Assembly (NCBI GenBank): GCA_000146045.2
Contig: BK006938.2
Span: forward strand, 1,056,001-1,120,000
From: TPA_inf: Saccharomyces
Taxonomy: Eukaryota
Length of the DNA stretch: 64,000 nucleotides
Direction of reading: 5' to 3'
A program made the translations under genes and the position numbers. Positions within the stretch are counted from its first letter, which is position 1; each line of letters begins with the position of its first letter. The notes below the pieces were generated by a model. It was not told the DNA's origin, ran no database searches, and was given only the letters and a program-made list of their open reading frames with translations. Of this stretch, positions 23,011 to 34,079 are shown one piece after another.

Positions 23011-23030
23011 TTTTTTTTTTTTTTTTTTTT
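23011..23030. repeat. Poly(dT) tract T20 (nucleosome-excluding homopolymer) in the SRB7/GIC2 intergenic region
   Basis: 20 consecutive T read directly. Similar tracts: A15 at 28522-28536, A17 at 34114-34130, T16 at 49910-49925, A16 at 52601-52616. Confidence 0.9.
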
Positions 23031-23047
23031 CATTTTCTGTCCTTAGC

Positions 23048-24199
23048 TTAAGTTTGCAGGGGCTCGAGCTGGTTGAAAGAATAAAGAACATCATCGAAAG
23101 ATTTTCTATGGTTTACAGGGGAGTCAGAGTAGGAAAATTTAGATTGTGGAGAAGGCGTAGCTATAGAGTTTCTTCTCTTGGGAAGAGGGCTTTGGCGTGA
23201 AGGAAAGAAGGCTTTTGCTGAGTCCTTATTTGAGTTTGGGGTCTCTAAAAGGCTACGATAAGCGCTTGACCTCTGAGAACGAGGCAAGAAGTCTAAAATA
23301 GGCTTATCTTCAAGTAGTGTGGGGAAGTTGTAGTTCTTCAAAAAATCCAGCGAAGACTCACTAGAATCCGTGGAATTAGTGTATCTATGACCCAGAGCGT
23401 GTGACTTATTTTTAAATTGTTTTGGAGATGCGTTTGGGGAATACTCAAAAATAGATGTAGCCATAGTTGACGTAGATACGACTCTCCCATTAATGGAATG
23501 ATTGTTTCCTTGTGTGTTTTTAGAGTAATTGGAGGACGTTACTGAGATCGAACGCGCGACTGATAGTCTTGATGTCTTATTTTCGTGCGATCTTGAAATG
23601 AGTTTGCTTTCACGATTAGCAGGGATCCTTTCAGTGACAAAAGCTTTATTTAGTGATTTCGAATCCCGCTTGCTTGAGGAGGAGGTATAGTCGTCCTTAA
23701 TCTCTGTGGACAGCGATGAAGGTTCCTGCAATTGCTCATCTTGGAATCCATTTCTAGTGTCAGCATGTGAAATATGTTGAAAATCAAATGGTGTGGAGAT
23801 ACCTTTACCTCTTATGTCCGGTTGGGCACCAAGCAACTTTTTCTTCAACAAATTAAGCTTAAGGAAAACCTTTTTGTGATTTGTCTTGTTGGCGCTGGAC
23901 GATGATGACGATGATTCTTTAGACTTTGCAGAGTTAGAATTACTTCTCCTGTGGTGGCAAGACGGATGTGAATTTGGTGAAAGTGGAGGCAACTCAATGT
24001 TTTTCTTGTTACTCAGCACAGGTTTATCGCTGTTGATGAAAGTAATGCCTAGGTTTTCTTCATCATCAGATCCCATGAATTGCTGGGCCTGCAGACCGTA
24101 GAGTTTTTCAGCTTCTTCATCTTCATCCAGCCAAATCGACCGCATCTGTGGAAGGTTCATGGTTTCGTTTCCAGTATTGGTAATACTTGCACTAGTCAT
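23048..24199 (-). CDS. GIC2: Cdc42 effector with CRIB motif (polarity establishment)
   Basis: 383-aa Ser-rich ORF. CRIB-like motif ISTPFDFQHISHAD. Recognised as GIC2 (YDR309C). Confidence 0.82.
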   Translation of the reverse strand: MTSASITNTGNETMNLPQMRSIWLDEDEEAEKLYGLQAQQFMGSDDEENLGITFINSDKPVLSNKKNIELPPLSPNSHPSCHHRRSNSNSAKSKESSSSSSSANKTNHKKVFLKLNLLKKKLLGAQPDIRGKGISTPFDFQHISHADTRNGFQDEQLQEPSSLSTEIKDDYTSSSSKRDSKSLNKAFVTERIPANRESKLISRSHENKTSRLSVARSISVTSSNYSKNTQGNNHSINGRVVSTSTMATSIFEYSPNASPKQFKNKSHALGHRYTNSTDSSESSLDFLKNYNFPTLLEDKPILDFLPRSQRSSAYRSLLETPNSNKDSAKAFFPSRQSPLPKRRNSIATPSPQSKFSYSDSPVNHRKSFDDVLYSFNQLEPLQT

Positions 24200-24582
24200 A
24201 TTCGTTCTTTTGATAGCGTATTCTGTCAGGTATTCCTTTTGTTAGTGTTAGGTGTTTCGGAGCGAAAGATCGAGTTCGATAGCATAAAAAAAGAAGCTCT
24301 CTTGAGCAGTAGCAATAATATATACCAGACACGAAACAATCCATCAACAGGTCTCGTTTTACTGGAGTTTTACATTTTCAGTTTCTTTTTCGGATGCGAA
24401 TGATCACTAGCTTGCAAACACGAATTGATCACGTTTCACAATTGTTCCACCAAACATGGCGATAACGGCAGCGTTTCCTCGAGAAATAGGCAACATCTAG
24501 ATCTCGAAATGGTTGGTCTGCACCTGTTTCTGGGTGACCAATCCTCGGAGCCATTCCAGTGCTTAAGTCTTCAGGGGCCAGA

Positions 24583-24588
24583 ACGCGT
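24583..24588. promoter_or_regulatory. MCB (MluI cell-cycle box, ACGCGT) in the GIC2 upstream region. Neighbouring SCB-like ACACGAAT and CGCGCG.
   Basis: ACGCGT at 24583-24588, about 385 bp upstream of the GIC2 ATG (24199, minus strand). GIC2 is a G1/S-expressed gene. Motif read directly. Confidence 0.45.
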
Positions 24589-24945
24589 CTTTGCCGGGTG
24601 CCGCATTCTTTTGGCCCGGTCGCGCCTGCCCAAAGTAGCAATACACAACACCCAAAGAAGGAATTTCTTTTTCTGGAATATTAATGGAGCGGAGCCGCGC
24701 GCTTGCTGAACGCCAAAATTATAAAAACAAACTTTGCAGGTTTTTGAATCTGACGCAGTCAATCATGTTTCTTTTCTCGTGTAGGTTAATATAGATAAGC
24801 GCCCAGCGGTATGCTTTTTGCGTTTTTTGCTATTTTGAGACAATGGCGATAGTTTAAGTTTCTTAGTATGCAGAGGTGCTTTTGTACGACTGGGGCGTTC
24901 CTCAGCGCAAGAGTAAGAAATAGTTACAAATTCGTCGATAAAGGT

Positions 24946-25003
24946 GTATGTAATGTTAAGCGCTAAATATGTATGTAATGTTAAGCGCTAAATATGTAAT
25001 GTT
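24946..25003. repeat. Tandem direct repeat: 25-bp unit GTATGTAATGTTAAGCGCTAAATAT x2 plus a partial third copy
   Basis: 24946-24970 and 24971-24995 are identical. 24996-25003 restarts the unit. Lies between the GIC2 upstream region and the SUM1 3' end. Confidence 0.85.
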
Positions 25004-25127
25004 CCAAATAAGTTGGGAGGTTACTTGGTTGGGCATAGTAACGGTCCATTATTTTGTGTTTTTTTTATTTTTTTTTATTTTTCATTTTTTTATCTATTCT
25101 CGAAACTGCCCCAACGTACGGACCAGC

Positions 25128-28100
25128 TTAACGGATATCTGGCGGTATGATTCTGGAATATTTGACCTGGTTGTTTTCTGAACCGTCATCAAGGAAGTCA
25201 AAAATTAACATGTTGTCGATGGTTTCATTCAGATTGTCTTCGTTAATGCCGTCCTGACCCAATGCCGGCAGTGTTTCGTTATGGGGAAACATCCACTCTC
25301 TCCATTGAGTGGTCACATTGTCGCAGAGGTCGTAGAGGATCATTTTTAGCAGGGTAATATGGTTGTAGAACCATGAAACGGATCGATTAATAAATATTCT
25401 GTAGTTTTCCATCTCTTTCACCGCATGCAGGATGGTGTAGTTGTGGAATCTTCTTTTGTCTCTTGATTGGTCTCTCCAAAATTCGAAAAGGGCAAATAAC
25501 GCCTTTCTCCTTTGCCAGGTTCTTTTGGATTCCCGAAGTTTTAAGCCTAGACCAACTAGTTTATTCTCCCACCTGAATTCCATCAAGAAGTACTCCAAAC
25601 TGTTAACGTATTTCTCTGTCAGCGTTGTCTTGCTCAAAATTTCAAAGGCAAGTTCCGTCTCTTCTTGAATATCAGGCTTGAAGAAATGCGCATTCATTTT
25701 TTCATGCTTTGATTTAGCAGCATAATCCTCCTCATTGATGCTAGAGTTGATCAATTCCTCTTCTTTCGCCTTGAATTTAAATTCCAGGTACGCTCCTGTG
25801 GTAATGGGAACGTCCGGAATATCTCTCCGGTAGAAGAAGCCTTCCCGGCAGATTAATTCAATGGGAGTTGCCGTTAACAATGTATTGCGTGACTCTGTAC
25901 CCAAACCGAGGTTTCCGTTGCCATTGCTACTATCGTTAGCAGACTCAGTATCGTTATGGATAGATGAAGTACCTTTGGATAAATCTGCGGAGATGTCTCC
26001 TGAGACATTCTCCACGGTGGCCAGCGTTCCGCTATTACCAACACCCCTTTCTCCCTCATCTTCTTCACCTTTTGTATGATCTTCTGTGCGTCTCTTCTTT
26101 GGTGATATGCTCGTATTCTCTGTTTGATCCAATGCACCGTCATCGCCTGCTGTTCTTTTCCTTATCGTGTCCGAAGGTTGTGAGTTTTCTAATGGAACGA
26201 ACGTGGTAGTTTCTTCATCTCCCGGGGTCTTTCTTTCATATTCTGCATTCTCCTTGGTAATTGCCTCTTCCCCAGAATTTAGCATGGACTGTATTCCAAC
26301 TTTGTGAACCGTATCGGCAGCGGATATGGTTAGACCCATCTTGAGAGAGTCGCTGTTTGCGTTTGAGCCCTCATTGTCAATATCGACGAGTTTTTCTTGC
26401 TCTAATGGTTGATATCCTTCCTGTTGGTGGTCTGAAATGCCGCTGATGGAGGCCGATCTTGGTTTTGGCGACATTGAAGAACCTTTAGTTGTTGGTTTTT
26501 CTGCACTTTTTATCTTTGAACGGGTGGAGATCTCATTCAAATTTAAGTTCAAGTGATTATCATGTATTATCGAAGTCATTCTTTTCCTCCTCTCTTCTTC
26601 TTTCATTGCTTTTAAGAGTTTCTTATTAGACTCCATAAATGACTTTGCTTTATCGCGATCGTTATATTTCATATTAACAAGCATTTTCTCCCTTGAATCA
26701 CGTCTTTTATCTAATTCTCTTTGTTGTCTATTCATCTCTGACGTAACCGCCGCAGCAGCGGCAGCTGTTGCTGCTGCTGGAGAGGAAACGGGTGGTAATT
26801 TGACCGTAATATTACCGCTGGCGTCATAACTTAATGAAAACTGATCGTTAACCATTAATCGGCGAATATCACTATTGATATCTGAATTAGCTGAAAATTT
26901 AATGACGTTGTCAGTATTATTATTATTGGTCGTATTATTACCACTATTTTCGCTGGATGATTTGATGGTTATTATTTTCTCCTTCTCGGTTTTATTTTCT
27001 TCAACATTTACCTTTCCTTCCACGTTATTATGAACAGTATCAGTAGTATTCGAATCCTCTGCGTTTGGATCACCATTAGTTGAAATTAGAGAGGCCAGTT
27101 CTAAACTTTTAATGTCTATTTCTTGTGTGGCTGACCTTGAAGTCCGAACCGGAGCCGGTTGTGACACAGGATTGGATGGAGATGATGGTATTTGATGAAA
27201 TTTGGAAGATGGAAGCAAGGAATTTATTGGAATCTCGTTTTTAATCCGATTAGATGCATCTGACTTATCTATCGTATCCGTGGAATTGGATATCATTGTT
27301 TCCACTGTTCTCTTTTTTGGGGGCCTGCCTCTTTTTCTTTTGATTTGAATTAAGTTGTTCGGCGTAACAGGTGTTGGTGTGATGGAGCTAGAATTAGCAG
27401 TGGATGGTCGCTCTTTACCATTTTCATTGTTCGTTCTTTGCGGTACGGAAGTCAAGGACATATCAGCATCATCTCTTGATGATGAAGGGGCAGATAATAA
27501 AAGCGACTCTTGTTTCGTTGATGGTTCCACAAAATACCTTTTGGATTTAGACGTTTGTACTACGGCAGTCGGTAAAGTAATATTTACTGGTGAGAAAGGA
27601 GCACCCTGATTGGATGCACTTTTGAGATTGACCGAGGCTGCGTTTGACACTAACTTATTCATTGTGGAGGTCGAGGCATCTTTTCTTGGCCTGCCAGGTC
27701 CCCTTCGAGAAGAAGAGGTATTATGCTGTGAACTGGTATTGTTGGATGAATTTTCTATGAGAAGGTTAGAGTGATTTACTTTCGAAGTATTTTGCAACAT
27801 TGTCGATAATTTGTTCAATCGTTCATTCAAATTATTGACCAATATGTCAGTATTTACTTGATTCTTCATGACATCATCCAGCTTATTTTCCAAAACTGAT
27901 TGGTTGTGTGATAAAACTTTTAATGAGTTAAACAAATCCTGCACAGAATCAGTGAGGGAAGTGTCTTTGGAAAGCAAAGCCGTCTTCAAATCGTTGCATT
28001 GTTTTGTGACTTTGTCCATACCCTCTTTTAGGGCTTCAATAGATGAATGTGGAAAGGCCTCGGAATCTTTTATATGAAGCGGATTTGAACCAAAACCAGA

Positions 28101-28316
28101 GCCAACTTGTCGTTTTATATCAGAATCATCACTGACTGGTATGTCTGTGATGGATGGCAAAGCTTTAGCGTTCGCATCTGTATCTAGCTTCCTCAAACTA
28201 TTAGCTTGATTTTGAGCACTGGTAAGTGCTAACGTATCTACGTCATCTTTGGGTCCAGACGGAAGTCTCTGTTCATTGGTTATGTTATCAGAAGGGGCTG
28301 TGGTGTTCTCAGACAT
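25128..28316 (-). CDS. SUM1: Transcriptional repressor of middle sporulation genes, with AT-hook-like GRP motifs
   Basis: 1062-aa ORF recognised as SUM1 (YDR310C). AT-hook-like RGPGRPRK and KRKRGRPPKK segments. Poly-Ala run encoded at about 26750-26780. Confidence 0.85.
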   Translation of the reverse strand: MSENTTAPSDNITNEQRLPSGPKDDVDTLALTSAQNQANSLRKLDTDANAKALPSITDIPVSDDSDIKRQVGSGFGSNPLHIKDSEAFPHSSIEALKEGMDKVTKQCNDLKTALLSKDTSLTDSVQDLFNSLKVLSHNQSVLENKLDDVMKNQVNTDILVNNLNERLNKLSTMLQNTSKVNHSNLLIENSSNNTSSQHNTSSSRRGPGRPRKDASTSTMNKLVSNAASVNLKSASNQGAPFSPVNITLPTAVVQTSKSKRYFVEPSTKQESLLLSAPSSSRDDADMSLTSVPQRTNNENGKERPSTANSSSITPTPVTPNNLIQIKRKRGRPPKKRTVETMISNSTDTIDKSDASNRIKNEIPINSLLPSSKFHQIPSSPSNPVSQPAPVRTSRSATQEIDIKSLELASLISTNGDPNAEDSNTTDTVHNNVEGKVNVEENKTEKEKIITIKSSSENSGNNTTNNNNTDNVIKFSANSDINSDIRRLMVNDQFSLSYDASGNITVKLPPVSSPAAATAAAAAAVTSEMNRQQRELDKRRDSREKMLVNMKYNDRDKAKSFMESNKKLLKAMKEEERRKRMTSIIHDNHLNLNLNEISTRSKIKSAEKPTTKGSSMSPKPRSASISGISDHQQEGYQPLEQEKLVDIDNEGSNANSDSLKMGLTISAADTVHKVGIQSMLNSGEEAITKENAEYERKTPGDEETTTFVPLENSQPSDTIRKRTAGDDGALDQTENTSISPKKRRTEDHTKGEEDEGERGVGNSGTLATVENVSGDISADLSKGTSSIHNDTESANDSSNGNGNLGLGTESRNTLLTATPIELICREGFFYRRDIPDVPITTGAYLEFKFKAKEEELINSSINEEDYAAKSKHEKMNAHFFKPDIQEETELAFEILSKTTLTEKYVNSLEYFLMEFRWENKLVGLGLKLRESKRTWQRRKALFALFEFWRDQSRDKRRFHNYTILHAVKEMENYRIFINRSVSWFYNHITLLKMILYDLCDNVTTQWREWMFPHNETLPALGQDGINEDNLNETIDNMLIFDFLDDGSENNQVKYSRIIPPDIR

Positions 28317-29064
28317 CCCCGCAACAAACGAATTTTGTTAATTATGTATGAAACTTTTCGTTTGATCTCAATAATACCACTAGCGACTAAATTTTTATGA
28401 TACTTAGCTACTTTAAACAAGTCCCTTGTGCTCTGTTTGCTGACACTTTTGATAAAATATGCCTGTGTATAATTCTTTTAGCAGTTTATTTCAAACACAA
28501 ATGGTATTAAAAGGATAGATGAAAAAAAAAAAAAAATTAAAGCCACTAGTAATGATACAATCGTGGTATCACAAGCGCTGAATGAAACAAGTGTGGCTAT
28601 CTATAGCGGATGCAAGTGGAGAACTTGTGAATCCAAACTGAAATATTTTGCCATCATTTGTTGTCCTTTCCCTTTTCCATTCAGGAAAAAAAAAAAAAAT
28701 TTGACGTCGCCGTCGCGTCGCAGTCATATAATTACAGCAATTTATCTTGTTGAACGACGCAAATTAATGGAAATTGTGACTTACATAGTAAGTATTAGTA
28801 AACGTAGTTAAGGCCACGTGGGAAAGATATGAAAGGAGTGTAAGTAATGGATATCGGTCTAACGAAAATGGAAACCAATCTTTAAAAATGATAGTATGAT
28901 TCGACAGTAAACTAGAAAAGCCACAACCCGTGGGACATGATAAGGCTGCTCGTTTTTGACGCAATTTTTAGACAATACTGAAATTTAGCATAATAAGCTT
29001 TCCCAGTGAAAGTAATAATATTTAACCTAGGGTAGGGGTAGGGAAAAAATAAAAGTAAACCATA

Positions 29065-30993
29065 ATGTCACATTCCGGAGCTGCCATTTTTGAGAAAGTT
29101 TCTGGGATAATTGCCATAAATGAGGATGTTTCACCCGCAGAATTGACATGGAGGTCTACGGACGGTGACAAGGTTCACACAGTTGTCTTATCCACTATTG
29201 ACAAGTTACAAGCTACCCCTGCTTCCAGTGAAAAAATGATGTTGAGGCTAATCGGGAAAGTGGATGAGTCAAAAAAGAGAAAAGACAACGAAGGAAATGA
29301 GGTTGTGCCCAAACCGCAACGTCATATGTTTTCGTTTAACAATAGAACAGTTATGGATAATATCAAGATGACCCTTCAACAAATCATCTCACGGTATAAA
29401 GATGCAGATATCTACGAAGAAAAGAGAAGAAGAGAGGAGTCTGCGCAACACACAGAAACACCAATGAGCTCTTCTTCTGTTACTGCAGGGACTCCCACAC
29501 CACATCTCGATACACCACAATTGAATAATGGGGCTCCGTTGATTAATACAGCCAAACTAGATGATTCTCTCTCTAAAGAAAAATTGTTGACCAATTTAAA
29601 GCTACAGCAATCTTTACTGAAAGGAAACAAAGTTCTAATGAAGGTTTTTCAGGAAACAGTCATTAACGCCGGTTTGCCTCCATCTGAATTTTGGTCAACT
29701 AGAATTCCGTTATTGAGGGCTTTTGCCTTATCTACTTCTCAAAAAGTTGGGCCTTACAACGTTTTGTCAACTATCAAGCCGGTGGCTTCATCGGAAAACA
29801 AAGTCAATGTTAATTTGTCAAGAGAAAAAATTTTGAATATTTTTGAGAACTATCCAATTGTAAAGAAAGCTTACACTGATAATGTGCCCAAAAATTTCAA
29901 AGAACCAGAGTTCTGGGCAAGGTTCTTCTCTTCGAAGTTATTCAGAAAATTAAGGGGTGAAAAGATCATGCAAAATGATAGAGGTGACGTAATCATTGAC
30001 AGGTACTTGACATTGGATCAAGAGTTCGACAGAAAAGATGATGACATGCTATTGCATCCTGTGAAAAAAATTATAGATTTAGATGGTAACATACAGGACG
30101 ACCCAGTTGTACGAGGCAACAGGCCCGACTTCACTATGCAGCCAGGTGTGGATATTAATGGTAATAGCGATGGTACCGTGGACATCTTAAAGGGTATGAA
30201 TAGATTGAGTGAAAAAATGATTATGGCTTTGAAGAATGAGTATTCAAGGACAAATCTACAGAACAAATCTAATATTACAAACGATGAGGAAGATGAAGAT
30301 AATGATGAAAGAAATGAACTGAAAATCGATGACTTAAACGAAAGCTACAAGACAAACTATGCAATCATACATCTGAAAAGGAACGCACATGAAAAGACAA
30401 CCGACAACGATGCGAAAAGCTCGGCAGACTCGATAAAGAATGCAGATTTGAAGGTTTCTAATCAACAAATGTTACAACAGTTGTCATTGGTCATGGATAA
30501 TTTAATTAATAAGCTAGACTTGAACCAAGTAGTTCCTAACAACGAAGTCAGCAACAAGATCAATAAAAGAGTCATAACTGCAATCAAGATTAACGCCAAA
30601 CAGGCTAAGCATAACAATGTTAATTCAGCACTCGGCTCTTTTGTCGACAACACTTCTCAAGCAAATGAATTAGAGGTGAAAAGTACCCTACCAATAGACC
30701 TATTAGAAAGTTGTAGAATGCTACACACAACGTGCTGTGAATTTCTAAAGCACTTTTATATTCATTTTCAGAGCGGTGAACAAAAGCAAGCCAGTACCGT
30801 CAAAAAACTTTATAATCATTTGAAGGACTGTATTGAAAAGCTGAATGAGCTATTTCAAGACGTCCTTAATGGTGATGGTGAATCTATGTCAAACACATGT
30901 ACCGCCTATTTGAAGCCAGTTTTGAACTCCATTACTTTGGCTACTCATAAGTACGATGAGTACTTCAACGAATATAACAACAATTCGAACTAG
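29065..30993 (+). CDS. TFB1: TFIIH core subunit (p62 homolog) with N-terminal PH domain and BSD domains
   Basis: 642-aa ORF recognised as TFB1 (YDR311W). Confidence 0.88.
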   Translation: MSHSGAAIFEKVSGIIAINEDVSPAELTWRSTDGDKVHTVVLSTIDKLQATPASSEKMMLRLIGKVDESKKRKDNEGNEVVPKPQRHMFSFNNRTVMDNIKMTLQQIISRYKDADIYEEKRRREESAQHTETPMSSSSVTAGTPTPHLDTPQLNNGAPLINTAKLDDSLSKEKLLTNLKLQQSLLKGNKVLMKVFQETVINAGLPPSEFWSTRIPLLRAFALSTSQKVGPYNVLSTIKPVASSENKVNVNLSREKILNIFENYPIVKKAYTDNVPKNFKEPEFWARFFSSKLFRKLRGEKIMQNDRGDVIIDRYLTLDQEFDRKDDDMLLHPVKKIIDLDGNIQDDPVVRGNRPDFTMQPGVDINGNSDGTVDILKGMNRLSEKMIMALKNEYSRTNLQNKSNITNDEEDEDNDERNELKIDDLNESYKTNYAIIHLKRNAHEKTTDNDAKSSADSIKNADLKVSNQQMLQQLSLVMDNLINKLDLNQVVPNNEVSNKINKRVITAIKINAKQAKHNNVNSALGSFVDNTSQANELEVKSTLPIDLLESCRMLHTTCCEFLKHFYIHFQSGEQKQASTVKKLYNHLKDCIEKLNELFQDVLNGDGESMSNTCTAYLKPVLNSITLATHKYDEYFNEYNNNSN

Positions 30994-31580
30994 AAATATA
31001 AAGGCTCTCCAGTTGTTACCACTTTTTACATTCATATTTTTCATCTATTTACTGCATGTTACATATTACATAAAACTTAATTGTGTGTATTCTTCCTTTT
31101 TGGTCTTTAGTCTCTATGTAAACAATAGAAAAACGCGGGACTCGATTAACGCTGTGCTGCACTGATGCAGCCGTGCGTGTAAATAAAACATTTAACGTGA
31201 AAACGCGCGCGAATGGCTTGTGAAACAAACAAGAAACAAACGGGAAATATTTCAGCATGTGATGTGGCTGAAAATTAGCAAACGATTCGTCAAAATAAAT
31301 CAGTAATGGTGCTTTAGTTCTATTACAGCTTGCTAATGGTTCAGTAATATTTTCAAAAATTTTGCCAAACAGACCTAAGCACTTGCAATACTCCAGACTG
31401 TTAGTTCAGTCATTATCTATCATCTTGGACGATTTTGCAATTTTTTAGTGTAGATGCATCTCATCGACGGGCTTGTATGAATGATATTAAATAGGCAAAA
31501 TAAACTAGTCTAGCTAATATTCGACTAAATTGCAGCTGCTAGGTCACCATCCCGCACATACCTTAGATATTTTGGAACTA

Positions 31581-32942
31581 ATGGCTAAAAGAAGGCAGAA
31601 AAAGAGAACGCATGCGCAGATCACACCCGAGCAGGAACGAGATATTCCTAAATCCATGGTAATCAGAGTGGGACAAACTTCATTGGCTAACCATTCTCTA
31701 AACCAATTAGTAAAGGATTTTCGCCAGATCATGCAACCGCATACGGCCGTAAAACTAAAAGAGCGCAAGTCCAATAAACTGAAGGATTTTGTTGTTATGT
31801 GTGGCCCATTAGGTGTTACGCATCTTTTCATGTTCACTCAATCTGAAAAAACAGGAAATGTCTCGCTAAAGATAGCTAGAACTCCACAAGGTCCTACTGT
31901 TACTTTTCAAGTATTGGACTATTCACTGGGTAGAGATATCAAAAAATTTTTGAAGAGACCTAAATCGTTAAATAATGATGATGTATTAAATCCTCCATTG
32001 CTAGTGTTAAATGGGTTTTCCACATCGAAAAGATCTGATGAAGACGATCAGGATGTAAACGTGGAGAAGGTTATTGTTTCCATGTTCCAGAATATTTTCC
32101 CACCTCTGAATCCTGCAAGAACTTCGTTGAATTCTATCAAACGTATATTTATGATCAATAAAGACAGAGAAACGGGGGAAATTTCTATGCGCCACTATTT
32201 TATTGACATTCGAGAAGTAGAGATCTCTAGAAATCTAAAAAGGCTTTATAAAGCCAAAAATAATCTAAGTAAAACAGTGCCGAATTTGCATCGAAAAGAA
32301 GATATTTCTTCTTTGATATTAGATCATGACTTAGGCGCCTATACATCAGAATCTGAAATTGAAGATGACGCTATTGTGAGAGTGGTTGATAATCAGGACG
32401 TGAAGGCAAAACATTCTCAAACTTCGCTGTCGCAAAAAACACCCGTTAAAATGACAGATAACGAAGAACGTGAAAAAGGAATTGAAGAAGAAGATGTGGA
32501 AATGGAGGAACCTAAGCCTTCAGAAAATTCGCAACCAACTCCACGTAAGAAGGCTATCAAACTGACTGAATTAGGACCAAGATTAACTCTAAAACTGGTC
32601 AAAATAGAAGATGGTATTTGTTCAGGTAAAGTATTACATCATGAATTTGTTCAAAAATCAAGCGAAGAAATCAAAGCCTTAGAAAAGAGACACGCTGCAA
32701 AAATGAGGCTGAAGGAACAAAGAAGAAAGGAACAAGAAGAAAACATTGCTAAAAAAAAGGCTGTTAAAGATGCTAAAAAGCAACGTAAATTGGAAAGAAG
32801 AAAAGCTAGAGCAGAAGAACAGGGTGAAGGTCAAGGGAAAGATGGTGCAATGAGCGATGATGGATCTTCATCGAGTGAAGATGAGCATTATAGTGATGTA
32901 CCAGAGGATTTGGATAGTGACTTATTCAGTGAAGTAGAATAA
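31581..32942 (+). CDS. SSF2: Brix-domain pre-60S ribosome biogenesis factor (Ssf family)
   Basis: Track ORF 31530..32942 (470 aa). Recognised as SSF2 (YDR312W), 453 aa from MAKRRQKKRTHAQ. Basic/acidic C-terminal tail. Confidence 0.8.
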   Translation: MAKRRQKKRTHAQITPEQERDIPKSMVIRVGQTSLANHSLNQLVKDFRQIMQPHTAVKLKERKSNKLKDFVVMCGPLGVTHLFMFTQSEKTGNVSLKIARTPQGPTVTFQVLDYSLGRDIKKFLKRPKSLNNDDVLNPPLLVLNGFSTSKRSDEDDQDVNVEKVIVSMFQNIFPPLNPARTSLNSIKRIFMINKDRETGEISMRHYFIDIREVEISRNLKRLYKAKNNLSKTVPNLHRKEDISSLILDHDLGAYTSESEIEDDAIVRVVDNQDVKAKHSQTSLSQKTPVKMTDNEEREKGIEEEDVEMEEPKPSENSQPTPRKKAIKLTELGPRLTLKLVKIEDGICSGKVLHHEFVQKSSEEIKALEKRHAAKMRLKEQRRKEQEENIAKKKAVKDAKKQRKLERRKARAEEQGEGQGKDGAMSDDGSSSSEDEHYSDVPEDLDSDLFSEVE

Positions 32943-33218
32943 TGCACGATATGTATATATATCCTCCGTACGTAACATCACTATCCATATAGTAGCCATG
33001 ACTCCGATGGACTTAAAGAACCAGGAAGTGTCTGTTTATTCATAGGTGAGGGAACACCTCAAAGTAAATATTAATGAATATATAAGATCATAATTAAACA
33101 AATATATAGAAATCTTTTACAATTAAAGAAAAAAATAAAAGAAAAGGGAAGTTAAAACTTCGATTATTAACAGCTGAAAAATTAAACTTTGTAATGAAAA
33201 GCAAATTGGGAGTTATCG

Positions 33219-34079
33219 TTAAAATACGGCATCATGGAAAGGACAAAAGTTCCTTTTAACAAAAGCATGTCCATTTCCCTTCTGGGCTGCAGTCATTTGC
33301 GCCCTTTTGTGAAACCAGTTCTTAATACACTTATAATGGAAAACACACAAGCATTCTAGTCTCCCAACTTTCTCACCGGGTTCCATATTCTCAAAACAAA
33401 TCGGGCACTCCTTAATTGCATTATCTGTTGTATTAGGCGATATCTTGTACACTAACATTCTATTTTGAAAGGCAGGGCTTTCTTTTACGGAGTCATCTGC
33501 TGCATCTGACGTATTCGTATGTTGTTGGGCATTTTCAGCTCTCTGTATGCAATCCTCTACGTGCTTTCTGGTCTCTTCTTCATCAGGAAACTGTGTGAGA
33601 TCTGAGTTACAAATAGGGCAGAAGTGATCCTCCTCGTTTTGTGAACTTTCTTCGCTCCTGCATGCCGTACCGGATTGATCTACCGAATCTTCCAGGATTT
33701 CCGCGTCTTCATCAGTGTTGCTATCTGGTGCAGAAAGTGCAAGTGCATTTGGTGGTACCGAAGTTTGCGATAGTCGTACATCTCTGTTGGTGGAGGATAC
33801 TAGTAGATTTAAATGAAGGAGGTTATCGTAGCACTCATTACAAGTTCTATATGGAGGCGATTCCACGTCGCTATTTTTTTTCTGCAAGGCATGGACTCTC
33901 TTTTTATTATAATTAACAAAATTTTCGGTACAAGACGAACAAAATATCCTTCCACAACACCTACAATGGTGTCTTCTTACGAGAAACGAAAAGTTCGTCT
34001 TGCATTGAAAACAGCTGTGAGCTTCCTCGTCTGCCTGCCACCTGGCAAGATTATTGATACAGTCCTCTTTAATAACCAT
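33219..34079 (-). CDS. PIB1: FYVE-domain plus RING-H2 E3 ubiquitin ligase (PI3P-binding)
   Basis: 286-aa ORF. FYVE signature RRHHCRCCG near the N-terminus and C-terminal RING-H2 (CPICFENM...CLCVFHYKC). Recognised as PIB1 (YDR313C). Confidence 0.85.

Noticed and set aside
24080-24709. 107-aa and 94-aa ORFs upstream of and overlapping the GIC2 start
   Set aside because: They arise from GC-rich promoter sequence and overlap the GIC2 5' end, with no protein similarity recognised. Interpreted as regulatory DNA (see GC-island finding).
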